Below are positions 11,005 through 22,891 of a stretch of DNA of 64,000 nucleotides, piece by piece. This DNA comes from Macrostomum lignano. Taxonomy: Eukaryota. Positions within the stretch are counted from its first letter, which is position 1. Every line of letters starts with the position of its first letter. The stretch lies in the NCBI GenBank assembly GCA_002269645.1, contig NIVC01000019.1, positions 1,178,001 through 1,242,000 on the forward strand. Reading direction: 5' to 3'. Below the pieces are notes generated by a model that was given only the letters and a program-made list of their open reading frames with translations, did not search any database and had not been told where the DNA came from. The position numbers were made by a program, and so were the translations under genes.

Positions 11005-13070
11005 GGCCATCTGAAATTTCAGGACAGCCCTCATATTTAGAGGAATTATGGCATCAACTGAACCCAGTGAAGCCATTTGGGAAAATCCTATTATTGGATT
11101 TCCCACTATTATAGTGTGTAAAGCTTTTGCTACTCCTTGGCAGTCTGACCATAGAAAATAATATTTTTTTGTTTCTATTAACATTTTGGCCATAGATGAT
11201 TCCAGCTTTTCAGTGTCAGATACATTATAACAAGTTTTGAAGCATAGATTTAGTGCTTGATTAAGCTTAAGTCTCTTAAAAATAGTTATTTGTACTTAAA
11301 ATAGTTTGTACAGTACTTTTCTAGAATAAATAATTTAACAAACAGAACTTGACAATTGCCTATATCTATATACTATTGTAGCACTCTGAGTCAATATCTA
11401 GGTAAGACCTTTCTCCCAATGTCTTTTAATTTTTTACATATATTCAGATGTTCAGTAAAGCATGCTAAAGTTATCTATGTATAAATGAGTATACTATTAA
11501 ATTAATATCATATAAAATAATAAAAATACTATTTACACATTTTACATTCATTCATCATTGTTTTCTAAGTTTTTTACATAAAGTTGTAGCCTGTAGGGGC
11601 ATCAAAAACTGTAAAACTAAATGCAAACAATAGACTTACATAATGCCTACTTATTCGGGTCTCTAGATAAGATTAATATAAGAATATTAGCCTATCTTTA
11701 GTATTAGTGCTATTTTATTTATTATTAGGTAATAAGTATATTATTCTACAAAAGGGCCCACTAGTTAAAGCATCTGATTAAAAAGTACAAGTGCAAGCCG
11801 AATTGATAAATAATATTGCAGAAGGGCCACTCACGGAACCGTAAATCAAATACAAGACAATGAAAATGAAATGGCAACTTGACTAGACTCGATCACTCGA
11901 ACTCGAACTCGAATCGATGCGCCACGTCGCCAGTGGTGAATTTAAAAAATCTAAAGAAAGACTTCTAGTGTACATTTTACACGACAGAGTTTAACAAAAG
12001 CATTTATGCAATATACAATAAAATATCGCTTATTTAAAGATTTTATGAGTTAAGAATATATATGTATATGTATATTTTTTGTTATTCAGAAAAACCAACA
12101 AGTATCACAGAAATCATTACGAATACTTATAACCTATTGAGTAGCGACTACTATAGTACTATATCAATCCAAATCAATTTACACTTACGTGCCTAACCTG
12201 TTGAGAAAAAATTGTAGATAGTGGGGGAGATAGCTTGTATTTTGTCAACTAGTTGAGCCCCTGCGATTTCTGGTAGTGCAAGTAAACGTGGAGTACAACC
12301 ATACGATAAAACTATGTACATGTATGAACAGCATCTTTGTAAAGCTGTTTCAGAATGATCATCACCAAGTAAAGTAAAGTAATGTATGCAACGGGGCTTT
12401 TAGCGTCCAGTGTTTGATATAAATTGCCCATAACCCATTTTTGCACAAATGACTGTTGAACTGCGAAATGTAGGTAAATTCCTTATTATATAAGAAAACT
12501 GTCTCTTAAAAAAAGAACTTTGACATAAACCTTTTAAAATTATTGATTTATGATTTTACGGTCTTAAGAGAAATCATCAAATTTTCAGCCTCCTGTGCCA
12601 TAAAATCAAACGTATTAATTGAAATGCTTACTGCTGCTTCAAAGTAAACGCGTCAGCAATGGTGCAACGTGTGTATTTTTATTATTTTTTATTGTACAAT
12701 TTCAGTTTCGGCTGCAATGACAATTTATAATTTTTTAAAATACGTAAATGTAATAAAAACGAACTAAAGAATCACTCAATTAATCATTATAACTCATTTT
12801 ATTTGCTATAGATACTATAGAAAGAACTCAAACAATCAGCATATTAGAGGATTAGCACATGAAAAATTAGACCTACCTATAGAAGTCTTTTCAGGGGGCT
12901 TCGTGCAATTTCCAATAAAATTTACATCAGGCAGGTGCGCAAATGCAAACATAAAAGAAAAAACAAACAAAGCACAGGATAAACTATCCAACGGTTGATA
13001 ATGGCGCACCATTATCGAAAGAACTCGTCGACTGATCATCTCCCATCGGAGTTACTTTACTACTTCAAAC

Positions 13071-13309
13071 CACAGATTCTAGAGTAACTAGATGGGCCAC
13101 TCAGGCATATATACTTAGTAAAACAGCTTTCTACTTTTATTTCAGTAGCAAAGAAGAACAAATAAGCTATTTTATAAAATACAGTTAGCTGAGATGACTT
13201 TGATAAGTTAAAAAGCCGTGTCTCTAAAAATGCATTAAAACGCTTCAGTTGAAAGTAGCTTGCACGCAGATGTGCTGAGTGGCCCATCCAGTTAATTCTA
13301 GTATCTGTG
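13071..13309. mobile_element. hAT-like MITE, CACAGA family (239 bp)
   Basis: About 35-bp TIRs (CACAGAT.CTAGA.TAACT.GATGGGCCACTCAG) and exact 8-bp TSD CTTCAAAC (13063-13070, 13310-13317). Confidence 0.88.
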
Positions 13310-13371
13310 CTTCAAACAAAGAGTGGCAATACTAAAAACTATCTGACGTCATCTCAGCCTAGGCATGCCTG

Positions 13372-13882
13372 TTACGCCCGACCGTCTTCATCGTCCAACT
13401 CGCTGCTGTCGCTTGCCGCGCGCAGAAAGTCGTCAACAGACAGAATCTTCTCGCGCGGCTTCCCCAAAGATCGGCCGCTCCGCTGCTCGGCGGCGTCGAT
13501 CTGCTCCCAGTCGGCGAAGGTGGTGTAGCGGACGCCTCGAGATCGCAGCTCCTTGACTAGTGCCAGACGGCCGGTTCTGGACTCGGTAGGCAGCCGGCCG
13601 GAGTTCAAATCCTCTAGCATACGCTGAGCAGTGTGGAAGCTGTCCGACATGGTGCTGAGCAGCACGCCAGATGGTCCGGTTTTAAGCCAGCCGGCGCAGT
13701 AAGCGTTGTCAAGGCCGCTAATTTTGCCGTTGTCATTGGCAACCACGCCAGTTCGACTGTCCATGGGGATTAGCGGGTCCAGGGCGACGTTCTCGTAGCC
13801 GACGCTGACAACAGCGAGGCCGCAGTCAAGGCCGACCAACTCGTCCGTGCCTTCGACTTTGTCCGAGGTGGGCGAATCTGCT
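13372..13882 (-). pseudogene. Duplicated 3' part of the FDXR last exon (169 codons plus stop), fused in frame to antisense Gypsy sequence
   Basis: Identical to 22892-23402. Upstream sequence switches to Gypsy integrase at 13883. Confidence 0.9.
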
Positions 13883-14648
13883 ATCGACCAAGCTCCACCA
13901 AATGTTTTTCCCCTACCGCCTACCGCGAACTCATTCGGTCCCCACCCATATGCCGACCGCGCTGGACTCCTGCACACACGCGTGGCTACGGTTAGATTGC
14001 GTAAGGCGTCCGCTTGAAGCACCTTATCAAGGCCCATTCGCTGTTCTTAGCAGACATGAAACAACAATGACGCTAGAGATCAACGGCTGGCCCACCACAG
14101 TGTCAATCGACTGACTTAAACCAGCTACACTACCGCCACCACCACCGGAGACCCTTCTAGAGCCTACTGCTCCGCCTAATGATTCACCAGCCACTAATAC
14201 TCGTTCAAGAAGTTCTTGCCATGTTTGATTTGCCTCTCAGCTGTCGATAAAATACTTTACACCTTGATTCTACACTTCTTGACTTGACTTGATTCTACAC
14301 TCCTTGATTACACTTGACAATTTGATTCTAGAGAAGTAGCGCCATGAATCTGTTACCCCAAATTTCCCTCCTGTTAATTCGTTGTTTTAATCCTAGAAGT
14401 ACTCCGTTATGGGGAAGGGGGAGTATCTTGTAGCAGCACCAAAGCATTCATCATTTATTCTAATTATTTCTTATTTTATATTCTAATCGCTTTAGTTCAC
14501 CCATAGACACTTCTGTACTATGCGTTCACCCCAGCGCTAAATAGCCCCCAACGCAATGACAAAATATACTAAAAACCTCCCGCTTTTGCTAGCTATCTTT
14601 GAAGTGCCACATACACTCGTAAGCTTGTAACGGTAACCTAACGCTACA
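13883..14648 (+). mobile_element. Duplicated 3' end of the Gypsy element (integrase C-terminus, PPT, 3' LTR at 14429-14648)
   Basis: Identical to 4365-5130. Confidence 0.95.
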
Positions 14649-16941
14649 AATATATTTTTCAAAAAGCTCTCTGAATTAAAACAGCAAATATTATGCATTT
14701 TTTCAAATTAAATCCTCGAAAACTGTCCTTAAATGATTTTTCCCAGACCATTCACTATATATATCTAATAAAGCACATTTAATACTACAAAATACTGCAG
14801 TTTTGGCAAAATTATGTGGTTCATTCTCAGGAAATATCCATTTTCTTGGTAGTAAGAAATTTAGTCAAATTTTACTTTTTTCAGTCAATAACCCAATGAC
14901 TCCGAATAGCATTGGATGCATTAGAATATAGAAAGTGTTACACATTGACACCTCACTTAAGGTCTAGCATTGCACTATTCCAAAATGGCAGCACAAAATC
15001 AAAATATTTTTGTAAATTTTATCATTCTGGAAAATTTATATAAACAACCTGGTTCAAAAACTATACTTCCAAAGTCTTAAATAATGCTGTAGCAAAGTCA
15101 ATGTGTTCAGTTGGCACAATATTGCTCTGTATGTTGAAGAAAGTCAAGTCCAAAAAAATTATATTTTTGACCTTTACTGTTGGTAAAATAACCTTTTTTT
15201 CGAAAAAAAGCACATTCTTTTATTTTGAGAGGCCATAAACATGTGCCAATATATTTGACAAGCCTAAACAACATATTTTCAAAGAGAAAATATCCAGATC
15301 TTTAAAATAAGCAAATTGTTTCAGCACATTTTATGCTGAAACTCGTACTACCTGATACGTCTAATATGCCTTAAAAGATGAAAATTATTTTCTTTGAAGT
15401 CACATGACCCACAAGAGATGTACAAAAGCTCAATGTATAGCCAAGAACATACCCTCATAAAAAAGGCATCAAAAATGTAGTTCATTGACACTGAGCACAC
15501 CTCTTATATTGCTCTATTAAAAAGCTATAGGCTATAATGTCAGTTGCAAATTCATACCCCACAGAATGTTGTAAAAGTACAAATCTATATTGTCAGAGAC
15601 CCCAATTAAGTTAATTGAAAATCCAAGATAGCCATGGCGTGCAAATATTTGTTGCGCTTAAGGGCAGCATAGCCCCCCAAAGCCAAACTAAAAAATGTAA
15701 AAGTTCAAAGCATTTTTTTGTCACAAGCAATGTATAAAAATGGCCAAAATCACATTTTTTGACTTCAACTGTCTATGGCTTAAAGCCTGTGGCTCAGAGC
15801 CTCTCAAGATCTATTACAATCTTGTAGCAAACATTGAGTTGAGTAATAATACTTAGCAAGCTGACACATAGATCTAAGCCAAGTAGTCTCTAAATTGGCT
15901 CAAATGCATTTATTGGCAACATTTGAGTTTGAAGTACACATGTACTTTTACAGTTAGAATACACTTGGGAAATTGAGTTTATGCTCATTATTAAGCCTTG
16001 TGTCCTTGTCAAATGGAGGCAACTCAGAGGCTACACTGATGCATGGCCTCTGAGTTGCCTTGCGTTCAAGTTGAAAAAAGTGCACATTTTTCACTATTTG
16101 GAACAACAGTTTTTTTGCACTTTTACCTGTCAAGATCAATATATAGAGAAAATTAACCAATCAAATATTTTAGACAATCAATGCCCCAACAGAATAGGTT
16201 AAGTCATTTTGCAGCACAATAAAATGGTTCCTAATATTTTGAAATCAATTTTTTTGACAAAAAAACATTAATTTTAATTTTAAGTCAATAGGTCTAAATG
16301 TTTTACATCTTTTGCTGCAAACTGCTTCCACCTTATAGCTAAGTCAAGTAAGTCAAGTGCAAACCGCTTGTCCTTAGCATGTACCTTTTTTATTCTATAT
16401 CAATTTTAATTTAAAAATCATACATTTTGTATGGTGGGTATGCTCCCACAACTTATCTCAGTCCACGCTTAACTGCTTGACTGCTTAACTGCTTGCACTC
16501 CAACCTAACTAGATATAGAAATGGATATAGATATGAATAAACTATATAATTATATATAAACTAGATATGAATAATATGAATCCCGCAACTTATCTCAGTC
16601 CACGCTTAACTGCTTGACTGCTTAACTGCTTGCACTCTAACCTAACTAGATATAGAAATGGATATAGATATGAATAAACTACATGAAAAATTTCAAGATA
16701 TGGCTATAGATATGGATATTGAAAAAGTTTGGTTATGAGAAAACTCTAACCAATGTAACTAACTAAGATTTATGGTTATAAAATTTTACAAAAATTTCCT
16801 ATTGACACTAGAAAGCTACAATAGTCTATGGCCAGAATGTTTGAAAAATTTTTGACTTAAAAAAGGTCTATGGTCTAGTCTGAACATTAATGATCTTTAA
16901 CAAATTGATAAATCCTATATACTAAAAATGGTCTGTCTGTG

Positions 16942-16986
<45 letters not shown>

Positions 16987-17572
16987 GTGATCGATTAGAG
17001 AAAAAATGGCTGGACTGATTTTGTTCAAACTTGCACTGTTCGATCAGAAATTTTCCCGTGACTGTACATGCATTGCGGCTAAGAAATTGCTCGATGCTAA
17101 AGGCATTAAATATTCGAAAAACATGCTTTTTTGCAAAGGTCAAACAAACTTTTCGACTTGAAATGTATTGTAAGAATGCTAGAGAAAAAACTGACTGGTT
17201 GAATTCTGATTCTGAAATAGATTGCATCATAACTGAATTGTAACTCCGACTTGAATTGAAAATGCAGTGTGGAAGCGTAGCACCAGACTTGATTTAGATT
17301 GCGTAACCATATTGTTAACTAATACTGACTGACTGAGAAACTGATTATGTCATAACTGCTTCGTGTGATTTACTCTATGCTTGGATTTTAAACTGTTGAA
17401 TTATATATATATATATAAGTGCAAAATTTGATGTTATCAAAACGATGAGAGCTAGCCTAGAGGTGAACAGACTGAACTGCTAAATGCAGCGACGATGGTT
17501 CGAATTTTCATAGAGTATAATTTTTTTAATTAAAGCTTTTCAACGTCAGGAAAACTAAAAGACTTTTTAAAA

Positions 17573-18538
17573 AGAAGTGTCATGTAAAAATCATAGTAGC
17601 GTCATGTAAAAAATTGTAGAAGCGTCATATAAAAAATTATAGAAGCGTCATATAAAAATCATAGATGCGTCATTTAAAAAATCATAGAAGCATCATGTAA
17701 ACAATCATAGAAGCGTCATTTGAAAAATCATAGAAGCGTCATATAAAAATCATAGTAGCGTCATTTAAAAAATCATAGAAGCATCATGTAAACAATTATA
17801 AAAGCGTCATTTAAAAAAATCATAGAAGCGTCATATAAAAATCATAGATGCGTCATTTAAAAAAATCATAGAAGCATCATGTAAACAATCATAGAAGCGT
17901 CATTTGAAAAATCATAGAAGCGTCATATAAAAATCATAGTAGCGTCATTTAAAAAATCATAGAAGCGTCATATAAAAATCATAGATGCGTCATTTAAAAA
18001 ATCATAGAAGCATCATGTAAACAATCATAGAAGCGTCATGTAAAAAATCATAGAAGCGTCATGTAAACAATTATAGAAGTGTCATGTAAAAAATCATAGA
18101 AGCGTCATGTAAACAATCATAGAAGCGTCATGTAAAAAATCGTAGAAGCGTCATTTAAAAATCATAGAAGCGTCATATAAAAATCATAGATGCGTCATGT
18201 AAGCAATCATAGAAGCGTCATGTAAACAATCATAGAAGCGTCATGTAAACAATCATAAAAGCGTCATGTAAGCAATCATAGAAGCATCATGTAAACAATC
18301 ATAGAAGCGTCATGTAAAGAATCGTAGAAGCGTCATGAAAAAATCATAGAAGCGTCATGTAAACAATCACAGAAGCGTCATGTAAAAAATCATAGAAGCG
18401 TCATGTAAACAATCATAGAAGCGTCATGTAAACAATCATAGAAGCGTCATGTAAAAAAATCATAGTAGCATCATGTAAAGAATCGTAGAAGCATCATATA
18501 AAAATCATAGAAGCGTCATTTAAAAAATCATAGAAAAT
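17573..18538. repeat. 22-23-bp minisatellite, duplicate of 8055-9020
   Basis: Same unit order at +9518. Confidence 0.95.
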
Positions 18539-19819
18539 CATAAAAATCAAAAATTAAATGCAGCTATAATGCTGTGCTGGGGAGAAAAACTGAGACGTAA
18601 AGGCTCTCAGAGAATAACTGCTGAGATTACGGGGGGGGGGTTTCTGAGATGTCAAAGCAAAAGTCAGAAGCTACTTCAAAGTTCATGTACTTTACTCAAT
18701 TTTTTTATTGCATTCTTTGTTGGCTTGCCACGGGAGGCGCTGATAGAAGAAGAGTCATGTAAAAAATAAAAGTAGAACTACGAGTGTATGTACGAGCTAT
18801 ACATAAAAGAAAAGTCATGTTCAAGTTAAAAGATTCATTTGGGAATTGCTATGATGTCAAAGCTTGGTGGAAATCGTTATAGTGCTTGATTCTTAAAGAA
18901 GGAATCACTAAAATGTCAAGGCTTAGGGGAGAAGAATTGCTGAGATTTCAAGGCTTTAGGTTGGGTTAAAGTTAGGTTTAGGTCAGGTGTGGGTTGAGGG
19001 TTATATTTTATCGGGTTTCAAGGTTAACAGAATAACAGGGGATTTTTTAGATTTCAAGGTTTATGCGGGCCATCGCTGACATGTTAAGGCTTACGGGGGG
19101 AATAGCTGAGATGTCAAGGCTCACGGGGTATAAATGAGATTTCAAGGCTAAAGTCAGAAGCTACATGTAGTTTATTGAAAACTTTTTATTACATTATTTG
19201 TTGGCTCGTCAGGGGAGGGATCGCTGATAAAAAAAGCGTAATGTAAAAAATAAAAGAAGCTTCATGTCGAAGTTAAGAGATTCATTTGGGAATCCCTACG
19301 ATGTCGAGGCTTGCAGGGAATCGCTATAATGCTGTAGTAGTGCTATAATGACTCTTAGAGAGAATTACTGAAATTTCAATGTTAGGTTAGGGTTAGGGTT
19401 AGGGCTAGGGTTAGGGTTAGGGTTAGGCTAGGGTTAGAAGGTTGACAGATATTTTTAGATTTCCAAGGCTTATTGGGGGCATTGCTGAGATGTCAAGGGG
19501 GGAAGTTGATATGTTAAAGCTTGTGGGGGGGGGAATTACTGACATGTCAAGGCTTACAAGGTTTGACAGGAGATTTTTTAAGATTTCAAGGATACATGTA
19601 GCTTATTAAAAAAACATGTATTGCATTTATTTGGCTCCCCAACGGGGGGCGTAGATTGCTAGTAACAAATAACTAAAAGTAAAGTCCTAAATTTAACAAG
19701 GCTATGCTGCATGCCATGCATGGGACTTTAGAAGCCATATTTGAAACATATAAGGGGTGTCCCAGAAGTAGTATCACTTTTGCTTGCTTCTAAAACTATT
19801 AATATATGTTAAAAATCAT

Positions 19820-20212
19820 TAGAGGTCGGATGGGATCCCGATCCCGATCCCAAAATCTCGGGATCCCGAGGAAAATTGAATTCCCGCGGGACCAGTCTCC
19901 CAACCCTAAAAAACTCGAGATTCGGGAACAGGTCTTTTGATTAAAAATTTATAGAATTAGTGATTACTTGAAGGTATTTTGCTTTAACTTGTACTCGTTA
20001 CATTATTTACTTTGTTGGTTACAAAACTTCATATCAATTTTGTTGTGTTTTACTTCTTGATCTTTATAATCTTTTCTCAATTTTGTTTAACTTTATATGG
20101 ACAATACACTAAAAGACCTGATCCCGATTCCCGAATCCCGATCCCGATCCCACGAAAAAAATTATTCCAGATCCCGATCCCGCCCGAAGATTTCAATCCC
20201 GTCCGACCTCTA
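19820..20212. mobile_element. hAT MITE, duplicate of 10300-10692
   Basis: Same TIRs and AAAATCAT TSD. Confidence 0.92.
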
Positions 20213-22590
20213 AAAATCATATGCCTTAAAAGTTAGTGACTTATTTTAGCTTTTATACTACGAAAGTCTGATTTTTATAAGTGCTTCCTACTATAAGCAG
20301 CATGCATTTGTTTGCATACCCTTAGCCATAGAAATACACATCATATAATGCTTCTATTCTCACTCAGAAAAGGGCCACAAGTACAGTTGATCAAGCACAG
20401 AGTTGCTGATCAAGCACAGAATAGGATTTTTGTGGCATGAAAGCTAAAATAAGCTGCTAACTTTTAAGGCATATGATTTTTTGACACACATTAATATTTG
20501 CGGAAGCAAGCAAAATTGACACTAGGCCATCTGAAATTTCAGGACAGCCCTCATATTTAGAGGAATTATGGCATCAACTGAACCCAGTGAAGCCATTTGG
20601 GAAAATCCTATTATTGGATTTCCCACTATTATAGTGTGTAAAGCTTTTGCTACTCCTTGGCAGTCTGACCATAGAAAATAATATTTTTTTGTTTCTATTA
20701 ACATTTTGGCCATAGATGATTCCAGCTTTTCAGTGTCAGATACATTATAACAAGTTTTGAAGCATAGATTTAGTGCTTGATTAAGCTTAAGTCTCTTAAA
20801 AATAGTTATTTGTACTTAAAATAGTTTGTACAGTACTTTTCTAGAATAAATAATTTAACAAACAGAACTTGACAATTGCCTATATCTATATACTATTGTA
20901 GCACTCTGAGTCAATATCTAGGTAAGACCTTTCTCCCAATGTCTTTTAATTTTTTACATATATTCAGATGTTCAGTAAAGCATGCTAAAGTTATCTATGT
21001 ATAAATGAGTATACTATTAAATTAATATCATATAAAATAATAAAAATACTATTTACACATTTTACATTCATTCATCATTGTTTTCTAAGTTTTTTACATA
21101 AAGTTGTAGCCTGTAGGGGCATCAAAAACTGTAAAACTAAATGCAAACAATAGACTTACATAATGCCTACTTATTCGGGTCTCTAGATAAGATTAATATA
21201 AGAATATTAGCCTATCTTTAGTATTAGTGCTATTTTATTTATTATTAGGTAATAAGTATATTATTCTACAAAAGGGCCCACTAGTTAAAGCATCTGATTA
21301 AAAAGTACAAGTGCAAGCCGAATTGATAAATAATATTGCAGAAGGGCCACTCACGGAACCGTAAATCAAATACAAGACAATGAAAATGAAATGGCAACTT
21401 GACTAGACTCGATCACTCGAACTCGAACTCGAATCGATGCGCCACGTCGCCAGTGGTGAATTTAAAAAATCTAAAGAAAGACTTCTAGTGTACATTTTAC
21501 ACGACAGAGTTTAACAAAAGCATTTATGCAATATACAATAAAATATCGCTTATTTAAAGATTTTATGAGTTAAGAATATATATGTATATGTATATTTTTT
21601 GTTATTCAGAAAAACCAACAAGTATCACAGAAATCATTACGAATACTTATAACCTATTGAGTAGCGACTACTATAGTACTATATCAATCCAAATCAATTT
21701 ACACTTACGTGCCTAACCTGTTGAGAAAAAATTGTAGATAGTGGGGGAGATAGCTTGTATTTTGTCAACTAGTTGAGCCCCTGCGATTTCTGGTAGTGCA
21801 AGTAAACGTGGAGTACAACCATACGATAAAACTATGTACATGTATGAACAGCATCTTTGTAAAGCTGTTTCAGAATGATCATCACCAAGTAAAGTAAAGT
21901 AATGTATGCAACGGGGCTTTTAGCGTCCAGTGTTTGATATAAATTGCCCATAACCCATTTTTGCACAAATAACTGTTGAACTGCGAAATGTAGGTAAATT
22001 CCTTATTATATAAGAAAACTGTCTCTTAAAAAAAGAACTTTGACATAAACCTTTTAAAATTATTGATTTATGATTTTACGGTCTTAAGAGAAATCATCAA
22101 ATTTTCAGCCTCCTGTGCCATAAAATCAAACGTATTAATTGAAATGCTTACTGCTGCTTCAAAGTAAACGCGTCAGCAATGGTGCAACGTGTGTATTTTT
22201 ATTATTTTTTATTGTACAATTTCAGTTTCGGCTGCAATGACAATTTATAATTTTTTAAAATACGTAAATGTAATAAAAACGAACTAAAGAATCACTCAAT
22301 TAATCATTATAACTCATTTTATTTGCTATAGATACTATAGAAAGAACTCAAACAATCAGCATATTAGAGGATTAGCACATGAAAAATTAGACCTACCTAT
22401 AGAAGTCTTTTCAGGGGGCTTCGTGCAATTTCCAATAAAATTTACATCAGGCAGGTGCGCAAATGCAAACATAAAAGAAAAAACAAACAAAGCACAGGAT
22501 AAACTATCCAACGGTTGATAATGGCGCACCATTATCGAAAGAACTCGTCGACTGATCATCTCCCATCGGAGTTACTTTACTACTTCAAAC

Positions 22591-22829
22591 CACAGATTCT
22601 AGAGTAACTAGATGGGCCACTCAGGCATATATACTTAGTAAAACAGCTTTCTACTTTTATTTCAGTAGCAAAGAAGAACAAATAAGCTATTTTATAAAAT
22701 ACAGTTAGCTGAGATGACTTTGATAAGTTAAAAAGCCGTGTCTCTAAAAATGCATTAAAACGCTTCAGTTGAAAGTAGCTTGCACGCAGATGTGCTGAGT
22801 GGCCCATCCAGTTAATTCTAGTATCTGTG
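22591..22829. mobile_element. hAT-like MITE (CACAGA family), about 60 nt downstream of the FDXR stop; duplicate of 13071-13309
   Basis: Same TIRs and CTTCAAAC TSD. Confidence 0.88.
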
Positions 22830-22891
22830 CTTCAAACAAAGAGTGGCAATACTAAAAACTATCTGACGTCATCTCAGCCTAGGCATGCCTG

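Larger units (their letters stand above)
4365..13882. repeat. Segmental tandem duplication, copy 1 (9518 bp)
   Basis: Every ORF and repeat recurs at +9518 to +9520 (e.g. 6436/15954, 10492/20012, 13307/22827). Confidence 0.97.

Noticed and set aside
6436-13287. Short ORFs in the AT-rich duplicated block (and their copies at +9518/9520)
   Set aside because: 60-83 aa, no motifs, AT-rich codons. They recur only because the block is duplicated.
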